This document shows, in pieces, positions 7,080 to 16,366 of a DNA stretch of 32,132 nt. Positions within the stretch are counted from its first letter, which is position 1, and each line of letters begins with the position of its first letter. A program made the translations under genes and the position numbers. The DNA comes from a virus. Its lineage: Duplodnaviria > Caudoviricetes. The stretch covers positions 1 to 32,132 of the IMG/VR virus record IMGVR_UViG_3300037423_000290; one strand, written 5' to 3'. The notes beneath the pieces were generated by a model, which ran no database searches, was not told where the DNA came from, and was given only the letters and a program-made list of their open reading frames with translations.

Positions 7080-8466
7080 TGCCGACCGCCTCAATCAATG
7101 CGGCCGAAATAACCACTTTCACCGGATCGGTGATGCGGATCTTGAATAGCCAGTCGCGCGCTGAGCCGAGCCGACGCCAAATTACCCGAGTCGCGTACTT
7201 GCCGATTGCGCCCATCGATGCCCACAGTTCAGTTCCCCATGTGTGGCCGTTGTCTTTGCTGATCTGGAGCATGACTTGCGGCTCTGAGCCATCGACTGGG
7301 CCGACGCCGGTTTCCATGTCCAGCTGGAGCCGGGAGATAGAGACGCGCCGGAGGTCTTGGAAGTAGTGTTTGCCGATGATTTCGCGGGGAATTGGCAGGC
7401 CGTTATCGGTCAGAGCGTCGGCGTCGAGCTTGTAAATATTGCCGTTGCTGTAGTCAGAAACGAGCGCCATGCCGCGATAATCGACATGGATTTCCGCGCG
7501 GTGACGATCACCAGACAGGCCGGATTCAAGCTCGGTCCATAGGTTCGTTGATGCGTCGAACAGCCAAGACTTGCCGGCAGTCGGGAAGCTAATCTGATAC
7601 ATCGGATGCCCGCCGAGCATGTAGGCATAGGCGGTCGCATCGGTGACGGTCGAATATTTATTGATCAGATAGTCGAGTTCGGATGAACTGATCTTGCGCG
7701 GCGCATGGCCAGCCAGCACATAAACGCCGACCTGCCCCATCTGATTTCGCATCAGCCCGGCCATCGAATCGTTAAATTTGACCATCGACCACGGCGCCGC
7801 AACGCCATATTCAATCGTTGCGCTGCGGGCATACGGGAAATCCTGCGCACCGGTATGGCTCCAGAACTCAACCGTCTGAGTCCCGCACATGACGAGCTCG
7901 CCATGGTCGGAGATGATGCGCACAAGTCCGTCAGGGTTCGATTCTGCGCTGCTGAAGTCGAGCGCATCGAACGTGTTTCCGTCATTCTGGCCGGATAGCT
8001 GGAATTGCTGGCTATTGCGGAATCCGACGATGAAGTAGCTGTCCTGATAGGCGATGCTGATCGGATTAGCGAACAGACCGGATGACACGACGGCAAATGC
8101 ATTGCTCGCAATCGTGTAGCAATACATATTCGTGCCGTCCACGATACCGATCTGCGAGCCGTTGTAGGCCAATTCCACCCGGCCGGATGCAGTATTCAGC
8201 GTGCCGCGATTGGTGCGAACGCCTGCATTGTTGATCTCGTAGAAAATACCGCGATGCACGGCGAATACGCTATCACCCACCTCGATCATTCCTCGAATCG
8301 GCGTTTCGCCCAGAGCGGCAAACAGTGTCAAGCCGGGAGTGCCATAGAACGTCACTTGCGACTTCTCGCCTTCCTGCTGGATCTCTGCGTAAAGGTTCAA
8401 ATGTCGCTGAGCGGTGACGGCGGGAGACTTGCCCTGCTGCCCTAGTCCGAACAATGGAATCAGCAC
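7072..8466 (-). CDS. P22 gp10-like tail hub/packaged-DNA stabilization protein
   Basis: 464 aa, beta-rich; GTPGL, AESNPD, TVEFW, SKDNGHTWG, WRRLG...FKIRITDPV; GAGGA RBS and GTG start. Confidence 0.88.
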   Translation of the reverse strand: MLIPLFGLGQQGKSPAVTAQRHLNLYAEIQQEGEKSQVTFYGTPGLTLFAALGETPIRGMIEVGDSVFAVHRGIFYEINNAGVRTNRGTLNTASGRVELAYNGSQIGIVDGTNMYCYTIASNAFAVVSSGLFANPISIAYQDSYFIVGFRNSQQFQLSGQNDGNTFDALDFSSAESNPDGLVRIISDHGELVMCGTQTVEFWSHTGAQDFPYARSATIEYGVAAPWSMVKFNDSMAGLMRNQMGQVGVYVLAGHAPRKISSSELDYLINKYSTVTDATAYAYMLGGHPMYQISFPTAGKSWLFDASTNLWTELESGLSGDRHRAEIHVDYRGMALVSDYSNGNIYKLDADALTDNGLPIPREIIGKHYFQDLRRVSISRLQLDMETGVGPVDGSEPQVMLQISKDNGHTWGTELWASMGAIGKYATRVIWRRLGSARDWLFKIRITDPVKVVISAALIEAVGNE

Positions 8467-8487
8467 TTTTGCGTTTCCTCAGATGTG

Positions 8488-8510
8488 AAAAAGCCCGCTC
8501 GGGGCGGGCT
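8488..8510 (-). terminator. intrinsic terminator between the ejection genes and the gp10-like gene
   Basis: Minus strand reads AGCCCGC-CCCGA-GCGGGCT-TTTT. Confidence 0.7.
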
Positions 8511-8552
8511 ATGCTATATTGGTTTGATAACTACTATGGAAGCGGACAATCT

Positions 8553-8720
8553 ATGGATTTCACCGATTACCTTTGGGCCAAGCTGATCGTTTTCGGTACG
8601 CTCGCGTTTCTCATCAATTTCGTCTACCGGCTCGTTACCGGTCGGTCGCTAGAAGCGGACCGGCGCGATAGAGAGGCTGCTGAACAGGCGGCGCAGATAA
8701 AAGGCGCGAAAGAGCATTAG
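8553..8720 (+). CDS. 55-aa single-TM antisense moron (possible superinfection exclusion)
   Basis: MDFTDYLWAKLIVFGTLAFLINFVYRLV...; upstream extended -10-like TGCTATATT at 8512-8520. Confidence 0.6.
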   Translation: MDFTDYLWAKLIVFGTLAFLINFVYRLVTGRSLEADRRDREAAEQAAQIKGAKEH

Positions 8721-10452
8721 GCGCCGCCAATTGTGGGGCACCAGACAATGCCGGCGCTGCCAACTGCGGCTGCAACATCATGTCCACCAGCCGATTTCTT
8801 ATTGCCTCGTTCGGCCCGCTGTAAGCCAGCCTCCCAACCTGACCCACCATGCCGGCGACGCCAAGCCGATCGGCAAGTCGAGTCAAGCTATTGCCAGCAA
8901 CAGATTGCAAGATGTTATCAGTGGCCAGATTTTGGAATGTATTGCTGCCAATTGACCGGCCAAGCCCAAGATTCGATTGACGCAGCAAATCATCGCGAAT
9001 CGCCTGCAGTTTGGTTATTTGGTCGTCGGCAATCGACTTTGCCGCCTTGGCGCCTGGCGCATTCCTTTGGACCTCAAGGTTCCTTAATGCGTTCTGCACC
9101 TTGGCAAGCGTGATATTGCCCTGCGCATCTGTTAGCTTCAGTCCCTGCAAAGCTTCCATTGCGTTGATCGGCCCGCTCATCTGCGCATACGTTTGTCGCG
9201 CCTCGGCATAGTCAGGACTGAGCTTTTCAATTACGTTCAGCAGCTTATCCTTGGTTGCCTGCAAAGCTTTAACTTCGCCGCCCGCGCCATTACGGACAGC
9301 ATCCGCAATCTTGTCATCAATTGCGGTTTTCACGTCATGTAGCGCTTGCAGACTTCCAGCTGGGCTCGGCTTTTCGCCGCGCTCGATGGCCCATCTCTGG
9401 GCCGTTCTGCTCGCGTCGTCTACAGAAGGGCGCTTGAGGAGCTGTGTGATCTGGCCTTTTAGGTATGGCGTTAGCGGCTGCTGATTTGCCGGATCAAGCG
9501 CCTTTGAATACAGTTCATCGGCTGCTTGACCTCGCGACGCGCGGAAAAAATCCAGCTTTCCGGCATCTCCGGCAATGTCGTCAAACAGCGAATTGCGCGC
9601 TGCCGCATTCAATTGTTCGCGCTCAACGAACGCATTCGGGCGCAAATCCCTCACTCCACGCTGCAGCGTCGCCAAGCCGGCGTTACCAGTTGCCTCAGCC
9701 AATGTTGGTGTTGACCCCTGAACGATCTGAGCGGCATTTACCGCTGTTGGGCCGCCTTCCGCGAATCTGCGGATGACGTTGCCTGCAATTTCATCTTGTC
9801 CTGCTGCAGTAAACGGCTTGACAACCGATCCGGCGGCGCTGGCAACATAGTCTCCAGCTTTGCCCAAACCGGTAACGACTGGAGGTATTAGTGCGCCCAC
9901 GACAGCGCCCTTCCCTGCATCGCTCGGATTAATCAGCGCAGTCGAGGCGCCGCCCGTGATCGCGCCACCGGCTGAGCGAATGCCCAAATCCGCCGCTTTG
10001 CCCGCGAGCGATGTAGCGGCCGGCGCTCCCGTGCGGAATCCGCCTGATTCGACCGACTGCAACAGTTTGGCGGCAAGCGGATTTGCGGCAAGGCGAGGCG
10101 CTACGACTGTCGCTCCCTTTGCCATCGCTCCACCAACGCCCGCCGTGCCTGCAATCTCTGCGCTCAATTCGCCGCCTTTGAATGCAAGCGAGTCCGTGTT
10201 CGCATTCTCATTAAAGAACTGCTTCAGCGCCTCACGCCGCTGATCATTCGTCATATCCGAAAGGCCAGTCTTGTTCAGCACGAAATCAACCGGTGCAAGG
10301 ATGGTCGCGCCGATATTGGAAGCTCCTTTCAGAGCCCCCAATGCAACATTCTTTAGCGTGCCATGCTCAGCCTTTTTCGGTGCATCAAACTGATCAAACG
10401 GGTTCCCGCCAGCCTTCGCCGGCGCATCGAACTGATCGAAGACATTAGCCAT
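8635..10452 (-). CDS. DNA ejection protein (gp16-like)
   Basis: 605 aa, Ala/Gly-rich and helical; repeated N(V/P)FDQFD start; third of three co-oriented ejection-type genes. Confidence 0.75.
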   Translation of the reverse strand: MANVFDQFDAPAKAGGNPFDQFDAPKKAEHGTLKNVALGALKGASNIGATILAPVDFVLNKTGLSDMTNDQRREALKQFFNENANTDSLAFKGGELSAEIAGTAGVGGAMAKGATVVAPRLAANPLAAKLLQSVESGGFRTGAPAATSLAGKAADLGIRSAGGAITGGASTALINPSDAGKGAVVGALIPPVVTGLGKAGDYVASAAGSVVKPFTAAGQDEIAGNVIRRFAEGGPTAVNAAQIVQGSTPTLAEATGNAGLATLQRGVRDLRPNAFVEREQLNAAARNSLFDDIAGDAGKLDFFRASRGQAADELYSKALDPANQQPLTPYLKGQITQLLKRPSVDDASRTAQRWAIERGEKPSPAGSLQALHDVKTAIDDKIADAVRNGAGGEVKALQATKDKLLNVIEKLSPDYAEARQTYAQMSGPINAMEALQGLKLTDAQGNITLAKVQNALRNLEVQRNAPGAKAAKSIADDQITKLQAIRDDLLRQSNLGLGRSIGSNTFQNLATDNILQSVAGNSLTRLADRLGVAGMVGQVGRLAYSGPNEAIRNRLVDMMLQPQLAAPALSGAPQLAAPNALSRLLSAPPVQQPLYRAGPLLATDR

Positions 10453-11786
10453 TATTGCCCCAATGCAGTAGCGGCCGAGCCAGGGCCGTATTTAGCCTCA
10501 AACTGCGGGCGCAGAGACGGATTTGAGCGCAGCATCTTGATTGCGCCCTCAGGGATGGAATTTGCCGGTGCGGCGGCCGGTGCCGGAGCAGTCTGCGAAT
10601 TCAACGGAATAGCCTTCTGCTTGCTGACCTTTGCCAGATTCTCATTGTTGCGCTGGATGATTCCCTGCAAATCGCTCGCCTGCTTGAGCAGCGCTTCTTT
10701 CGGAACAAGCGTGCTTGTCAGATCAAGAGGATTGTTGATGATGGCTTTCAAGATTCGCTCATCACCCCCGTTGAGCACGCCAAGCCTGTAGATTTCCTTG
10801 GCTTGTAGCAGGCTGTTTTGATAGGCAGTGTTCAGTTCCGCCCGCTTCGATGGGCTCAGCGAATCCAGCCCGCCGAATTTGGACAGAACATTCTTATAGT
10901 TGCCGAGAGCATCATCCATGTTCTGATACGCCTCTGCCTGCTTCATATATTCAGCGCTTGGTTTGGCGTTAGCCTGATCTGCTGGGCCACCGGGGATTGG
11001 CACTAAAGATTGGCCATCTGGAGCGAGACGGTAACCGCTCGGAATCTTGCCTTGCGCGATCTGTTCGCGCGTCCGTGCATCGGTCAGGTTTTGACCGCGG
11101 ATGGTCGCCGAGACAGTTGCCGCATTGTTTGCGCGTGATGTCGCATTGGTCGCATCATTGTTCCGCATTGATGTCTGATTATTCGCGACAGTATTGGCGT
11201 CTGGCGTCGTGTATTTGATCAGGTCGTCGGCATTCATCGATGCGCCCATCTTCCACCTTTGGAATGATGTCGGGTCAGTCACCGTTTGTTGCAGGCGGCT
11301 CAATGCCTCGCTGAGAGGGCCATAACGCTCAAATATAGGCTTCGTGTCCGGGTTCTGGTAGCCAGCAACAAGCCATTGCTGCGCGCCTTGGATGTCATTG
11401 ACATTATTAAGCATTGATCTGTGCTGCGTCAGCGCGATATTCGTCGCCTCCAGACCCGTTTTTGTCGCTGTCGCATTGTTTTTCGCAATATTCGACTTCT
11501 TCTCATCTAGCTCCAATTGCGATTTGCCAAGGTCCATTGCCGGCCTGTAAAGCCCCTTCGAGAGCAGATTTGACCGCGCGACACCTAAATCTCCATTGGC
11601 AGCGGCAATTGCGCTGCGCGTATCGGCCATGTCGGATATTTCGCGCTGCTTCTCGCCGAATATAAGATCGGCCAGTCTATTTTGGTTCTGCGCCTGCTGA
11701 AGTTGCGCGACTTGTCCCGCCATGAGTAGCGGATTGTCGATTTTTATGGGTTGCGCGCCCAGAATGATGGATGGATCGAGTGCCAT
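10452..11786 (-). CDS. DNA ejection protein (gp20-like)
   Basis: MALDPSI start, Gln/Asn/Ala-rich, RGQNLTD and PIPGGPAD motifs; middle position of the trio. Confidence 0.75.
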   Translation of the reverse strand: MALDPSIILGAQPIKIDNPLLMAGQVAQLQQAQNQNRLADLIFGEKQREISDMADTRSAIAAANGDLGVARSNLLSKGLYRPAMDLGKSQLELDEKKSNIAKNNATATKTGLEATNIALTQHRSMLNNVNDIQGAQQWLVAGYQNPDTKPIFERYGPLSEALSRLQQTVTDPTSFQRWKMGASMNADDLIKYTTPDANTVANNQTSMRNNDATNATSRANNAATVSATIRGQNLTDARTREQIAQGKIPSGYRLAPDGQSLVPIPGGPADQANAKPSAEYMKQAEAYQNMDDALGNYKNVLSKFGGLDSLSPSKRAELNTAYQNSLLQAKEIYRLGVLNGGDERILKAIINNPLDLTSTLVPKEALLKQASDLQGIIQRNNENLAKVSKQKAIPLNSQTAPAPAAAPANSIPEGAIKMLRSNPSLRPQFEAKYGPGSAATALGQ

Positions 11787-11799
11787 GATTTATCCCTTA

Positions 11800-12828
11800 T
11801 TAAGAGTCGCCGTTCGTCCAGCCGTATGGATTTCCTGTGCCAGCATATTGCGGGGTATAGTTGCTCAAATAGCTTTGCTGCTGCTGAGAACCAAGCCTGT
11901 TCAGTAGCTGGTTCCCCTGATACATATTCCAGCCCTGCGAGATGCCGTTATTGACTGCATTCGATTGCCCGATATAGCCGGCGGCACGCGCATTGCCTGC
12001 GCCCGTGATGTTGTTTGCCAAGCTATTACCGGTCGATATGGACTGCGTGCCGAGATTGGTCGATGCGGTCTGCCCGACACCAGCCAGCGAGGCGAGCCGG
12101 TTGAATTGCTGCGTCTGGTTGTTGTTGAACCGGTTATAGGCGCCCTCGCCCTTGGTGGTCGCGTAGTCGTTGCCGAATCGCGTGAGTGCTTTCAATGTGG
12201 CGCCAGAGTTCAGTGAACCGGCCGCCGCCATTTGGCGATTGATGCCCTTGACGCCCTCATCAAGCCCGAACTGGAAGCCGGACTGATACACAGGATCGGC
12301 ATTCATGTCCGCTGCGGTGAAGGTCTTGGTCAGGGAGCCATAGAGCGGATTGCTTTGCGCCGCCTGCTGCCGCTTGGCTATCTCTGCCTCGATCGCGGCG
12401 TTTAGACCGGCCTCATCAACAGTGCTTTGCTGCGTCGATGTCGCTGGCTGGCCTTGCGAAGCAAGATATTGCTCATAGGTCGGACCATTATCAGGATTGC
12501 CGCCGTAAAACATCGTGGGCGCCACAGCCGGCGTTTGTGTCGTGCTCTGCGCGGTGAACTGCGGAAGCAGGCTTGCCCGGATTGCGCCCCGATCCTCCTG
12601 CGACACATACGCCGGCAAGCCGAGCTGCATCGACAACTGATTCAGCGCACTACCGCCAGTCGTCAGCCACGGCATTTGATCCTGCCGGGACTGGTTGTAC
12701 ATTTGTAGTTCTGTTTCGTTTGCCTCGCGCGCGGCATCTGCCTGCTTATTCGCCGCACTTCTTGACGAATCTGCTGATGAGATCGCCCCGACTGCCGCCA
12801 CGCCAGCCCCAACCCATGCTACTGACAT
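11800..12828 (-). CDS. DNA ejection/pilot protein (gp7-like)
   Basis: Gly/Ala hydrophobic N-terminus; PW...G..AL, DP.YQ, SGATLKAL.RFG, GNARAAG motifs. Confidence 0.85.
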   Translation of the reverse strand: MSVAWVGAGVAAVGAISSADSSRSAANKQADAAREANETELQMYNQSRQDQMPWLTTGGSALNQLSMQLGLPAYVSQEDRGAIRASLLPQFTAQSTTQTPAVAPTMFYGGNPDNGPTYEQYLASQGQPATSTQQSTVDEAGLNAAIEAEIAKRQQAAQSNPLYGSLTKTFTAADMNADPVYQSGFQFGLDEGVKGINRQMAAAGSLNSGATLKALTRFGNDYATTKGEGAYNRFNNNQTQQFNRLASLAGVGQTASTNLGTQSISTGNSLANNITGAGNARAAGYIGQSNAVNNGISQGWNMYQGNQLLNRLGSQQQQSYLSNYTPQYAGTGNPYGWTNGDS

Positions 12829-12829
12829 A

Positions 12830-13345
12830 TCATTCCTCCTTAATAACTAATGCTTCAGGCTGATACGCCAGCCGATCAATTGCTTCGTAGCTGTCCCAGG
12901 CAACCACATCTTCAACCTTCTCGGGATCTGTCTCATCGGTGCGGAACACGTTGATGAAAACAGTGTCTTCGTTGGCAAATCCCACCTTTTGCACGCCAGC
13001 CGGCGACACCGTTGAATGGCCGGCAGTTACGCGAGCCGACCCGTTTTCCGTCAGGATGCTGATGTCGCCCTTACTGACGATGTTGATGCAGTCCAGCTTG
13101 TGGACCTTGCCGACCAGTAGCGAGCCCTTCGGAATGAATAGCTCGCGCATGTACACTCCATTCAGGAACGTGTGTTTGACCTCAAATTCCCGCTTATCCT
13201 CAGATGGAAGGGCGAGTAAATCAGTCGTCAGCTTCCTGATGCGGGCCCGGACAATGGCAGGGTCAGCGCCGCCATGGTTGAAACTGATTACGCCGGTTTT
13301 TTCGTCGTGGGCGATGATGCTGTCAGCCAGCGCAACGTCACCCAT
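12830..13345 (-). CDS. cupin-like virion-morphogenesis-region protein
   Basis: H.F..GVYMRELFIPKG...GK.HK...G.I...PAG..K pattern. Confidence 0.7.
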   Translation of the reverse strand: MGDVALADSIIAHDEKTGVISFNHGGADPAIVRARIRKLTTDLLALPSEDKREFEVKHTFLNGVYMRELFIPKGSLLVGKVHKLDCINIVSKGDISILTENGSARVTAGHSTVSPAGVQKVGFANEDTVFINVFRTDETDPEKVEDVVAWDSYEAIDRLAYQPEALVIKEE

Positions 13346-14016
13346 CAGTCATCCACCGTGATCGAAATCGCCTCATAGGGCACCATGGCCAGCGCTTCAG
13401 CACGTTTGCCCATCCACCGGTTATGAATCTCCAGTCGGTCAGCAGCATTCGTGCCGAATTTCATGCTGATTTCGTCGGCAACACCCCATCCGAGCGGACC
13501 AATCCAGTATTGCGGCACATCTGGCGCCACAGTCGCAGAACTGTCATCGATCACGCGCTGATACTGCAGCGTTGCGCCCGGATCAGTTGTAGGTATTGGC
13601 CAGAAATGCAGCGTCTTGGCCGGGTCAATGTAGAAATGCGTCGGCTCGCCCGTTGCATCGAGGTCAGTCATGCCGATCCATGCAGAATGCGGGATTTGCG
13701 CGAGCTGGACCGGTTTGCCGTCAACTGTCTTATGCACCACCGGATAGTTGAAATAGTCGAGCGGCAGCGAAACCGTGTCGGGCGTGCCAGCGGACCACGT
13801 AAGCGCGACATCGGCGGACAGCTTCGGCCAGTTGTAACCGGACAGCGGCAGCGATTTCAGGACCGCATCGAGGCCGCGTAAGGCGACATGCAAATCATCC
13901 GGTGACAGCGTTTCGCCGGCACCGTATTCGTTCAGATGCTCCAGCGCATCGCGGCAGATTTCCTGCGCTGTCAACGTCCAGCCGGTCGGGTTTAATTCGC
14001 TAACTATGATTGCCAT
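13345..14016 (-). CDS. head-tail adaptor (P22 gp4-like)
   Basis: TAQEICRDAL...GE......AL..L, GEP...Y, FWPIP, P.YW motifs; position after the capsid. Confidence 0.75.
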   Translation of the reverse strand: MAIIVSELNPTGWTLTAQEICRDALEHLNEYGAGETLSPDDLHVALRGLDAVLKSLPLSGYNWPKLSADVALTWSAGTPDTVSLPLDYFNYPVVHKTVDGKPVQLAQIPHSAWIGMTDLDATGEPTHFYIDPAKTLHFWPIPTTDPGATLQYQRVIDDSSATVAPDVPQYWIGPLGWGVADEISMKFGTNAADRLEIHNRWMGKRAEALAMVPYEAISITVDD

Positions 14017-14026
14017 GAGCTACCTC

Positions 14027-16003
14027 TTAACCGAATATTTCAATTTGAAGGAACTCGAATGTCACGGTGTCAGCGCTATTTGTTAGCTGAACCTCAATTT
14101 GCAGCACTTGATCGGCGGCATTCATGTCTATCGCAGAGGTGCCGCGGTCACTTTTCACGGCGCTGCTGTTGGCGTTATAGGTGAGCTTGCCGCGCTGGGA
14201 TGTTGGGCCAAGGAACGCAACCATTGCCTCCATATCAAACGCGCCTGTATCAGTGGCAGTGATCGTTGCCTGTGCGAGCAACGTGCCGCCGAGCCTCAAA
14301 TTCAGCTTCTTCGTGCCAGCGGTACCCGAAAGCGTGCCCCATCCAGAGATACGGGCGCTCATTGGTTTCCGCGTTGACGACGCGACCGGAGCATATCGCC
14401 CACGAACTAGCGTCTTTGCAAGCACCGAAGTGGATGCGGTTGTGCCAGTGACCGCAACAGACGCAGTAAGGCAGTCCGTCATCGCTGATGTGTTCGTGTA
14501 CTGATGCACCGCCGAATCACGCGCCCCGCCTTGGATGACAATCGCTTCTCCGCACGCGTCTGCGGTGCCGAGGAAGAAATTGGTGGCAATGTTGGCGGAG
14601 TCGTAGTAAATGTCCGAGTTCTCATCAGCTCGCACGCCTACCGAACAACGCTTGAAAGTGCTTCCGTAGAAATTCACGCGCGCCAATGCGGTGGCGTAGA
14701 TGCCATATGCGCAATCTTCGAAGCTCACATAATCGGCGTGCCCCGTCGCCATCTCTTGCACAAAGAAACCGTAGGCGCAGAATGTGATCAGCGGACCTTG
14801 ACCTACAGCCCCGGCGTTTTGATTGCCAACCTCCTGCTTGTTGTTGAACATCGACTTGATGCCGGTATATGTCTTGCCCGCGTTGCCGTAAATCCAACCG
14901 CCTTTTGGCTCCACGCGTCCGCGATAACTCGTGATGCCGTTGTAGCAGTTCGACGTATGGACGTTTTCGGTGCGGACATACGCACTTTCCGCTACGATGC
15001 CGCCAGAGGAAGATGACCCGTCATAGTTCTGGAACAGGATATTGCGAACAACGATCTTCAAGTCGTCCTGTATCTGCAACCCAACAGCAGCCGCGTGCCC
15101 GCCCTCGAAGATGGTTGTGGGGGTCGGACGCGGATTTGTTGCCGGATCATAGCCAACATCTGCGCCCTCGATCACAATATAGTTCTTGGACACTATTCCG
15201 CCGAAGTTGTAGTTCCCAACTGCGGATACCGTGCCGATTGCATTGGATCGCCCAAGCACACATTTTCCAAGCGAGCCTGTCGCCGTGCCCGCTGCTATCT
15301 TGATCCGCCAACTTCCATCCAAGAACCCGCGCTTGGTTAGGTAGGTGCAAGCCTGGGGCGGCGTTGTTGCCTGCGACGCACTTAGACCATCAGACGACAC
15401 ACTCCCGCCGCTTGGCGCGGCGTAGATAATATTCTCTTGCCCTTCACTCGGAGATATATAGAACAGATCCGAGCCGCGCTTAACGATGCCAGAGCCGGAA
15501 TGCTTGACATCGTGGAAATTCGGGATATTTGCCGACGAAACATAGGTTCCAGCCGGCCAATGAAGCACCTTGCCGGCCGCATAGGCAGCCGCCACAGCCG
15601 CAGCAATGCCTGCCTGATTATCCGTGGTGCCATCGATAGCAGTTGTGATGTAGTCACGCACGTCAAGCAGATCATCAATGCGGTTCTTCAGCTTGCTACC
15701 CGGAGCAATCTTCGCATCAGTGATCGTGCCGTCAGTTGGGCCATCTGCCGGATCTTCCAGCAGAATATCGGTGACCGTGTACTGTCTGATGCCGCTGCCA
15801 TTGATGGTCAGGTTGTAGCGCCCATCTGCGGCATAAAACTCGAAATACCCGTTCGCATCAGTCGTCAGCGGATTAGCGCGCACTGTGACGCCATTGTCGG
15901 AATACAGCGTAACAGCGCCGCCATCGACACGCGACACGGTGACGGACGCGCCGACGATCGCTTGCCCGTTGCGGTTCGTGATGTTGTTTGAGTATTTCTG
16001 CAT
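14027..16003 (-). CDS. tailspike/depolymerase-like receptor-binding protein
   Basis: N-terminal anchor (LYSD...NPLTTDANG.F.FY..DGRY), DVRDY...DG..D..A...A entry into a right-handed beta-helix, beta-sandwich C-terminus. Confidence 0.85.
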   Translation of the reverse strand: MQKYSNNITNRNGQAIVGASVTVSRVDGGAVTLYSDNGVTVRANPLTTDANGYFEFYAADGRYNLTINGSGIRQYTVTDILLEDPADGPTDGTITDAKIAPGSKLKNRIDDLLDVRDYITTAIDGTTDNQAGIAAAVAAAYAAGKVLHWPAGTYVSSANIPNFHDVKHSGSGIVKRGSDLFYISPSEGQENIIYAAPSGGSVSSDGLSASQATTPPQACTYLTKRGFLDGSWRIKIAAGTATGSLGKCVLGRSNAIGTVSAVGNYNFGGIVSKNYIVIEGADVGYDPATNPRPTPTTIFEGGHAAAVGLQIQDDLKIVVRNILFQNYDGSSSSGGIVAESAYVRTENVHTSNCYNGITSYRGRVEPKGGWIYGNAGKTYTGIKSMFNNKQEVGNQNAGAVGQGPLITFCAYGFFVQEMATGHADYVSFEDCAYGIYATALARVNFYGSTFKRCSVGVRADENSDIYYDSANIATNFFLGTADACGEAIVIQGGARDSAVHQYTNTSAMTDCLTASVAVTGTTASTSVLAKTLVRGRYAPVASSTRKPMSARISGWGTLSGTAGTKKLNLRLGGTLLAQATITATDTGAFDMEAMVAFLGPTSQRGKLTYNANSSAVKSDRGTSAIDMNAADQVLQIEVQLTNSADTVTFEFLQIEIFG

Positions 16004-16021
16004 GGATGGCTCGGGCGGTGA

Positions 16022-16306
16022 TTAAGCGGGCTCTGCGGAGAAGGAAAAACGCGGGATTCGGACGAGTTGAACCTTGCCGTCTTCGCCCTTGACCATGGTT
16101 TCGATGGTCGAATGACGGAGCACATTTACAAAATGCTCTTCAATCACAACTTCCTTGTCGCGCTGGATCTGGATTTGGCGGAAGTTATGCGCAAGCACGA
16201 CATCGCCCTTGTCGCCCTTGTCCTCGCCGGAATGGATGGTTACGCGGTACTTCTGCGCCTGGGCCTTTTTGGCCGGTTTTGTCTCGGTTGCTACAACTTC
16301 GCTCAT
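16022..16306 (-). CDS. hypothetical head-region protein (94 aa)
   Basis: GGAGGA RBS; follows the capsid terminator. Confidence 0.8.
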   Translation of the reverse strand: MSEVVATETKPAKKAQAQKYRVTIHSGEDKGDKGDVVLAHNFRQIQIQRDKEVVIEEHFVNVLRHSTIETMVKGEDGKVQLVRIPRFSFSAEPA

Positions 16307-16321
16307 TCGGTTCCTCCAAAT

Positions 16322-16350
16322 AAAAAAGCCCCGCGGGTTAGGCGGGGCTT
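16322..16350 (-). terminator. intrinsic terminator after the major capsid gene
   Basis: Minus strand reads AAGCCCCGC-CTAACCC-GCGGGGCTT-TTTT. Confidence 0.85.
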
Positions 16351-16366
16351 AGTGGGTTGCTACTGA

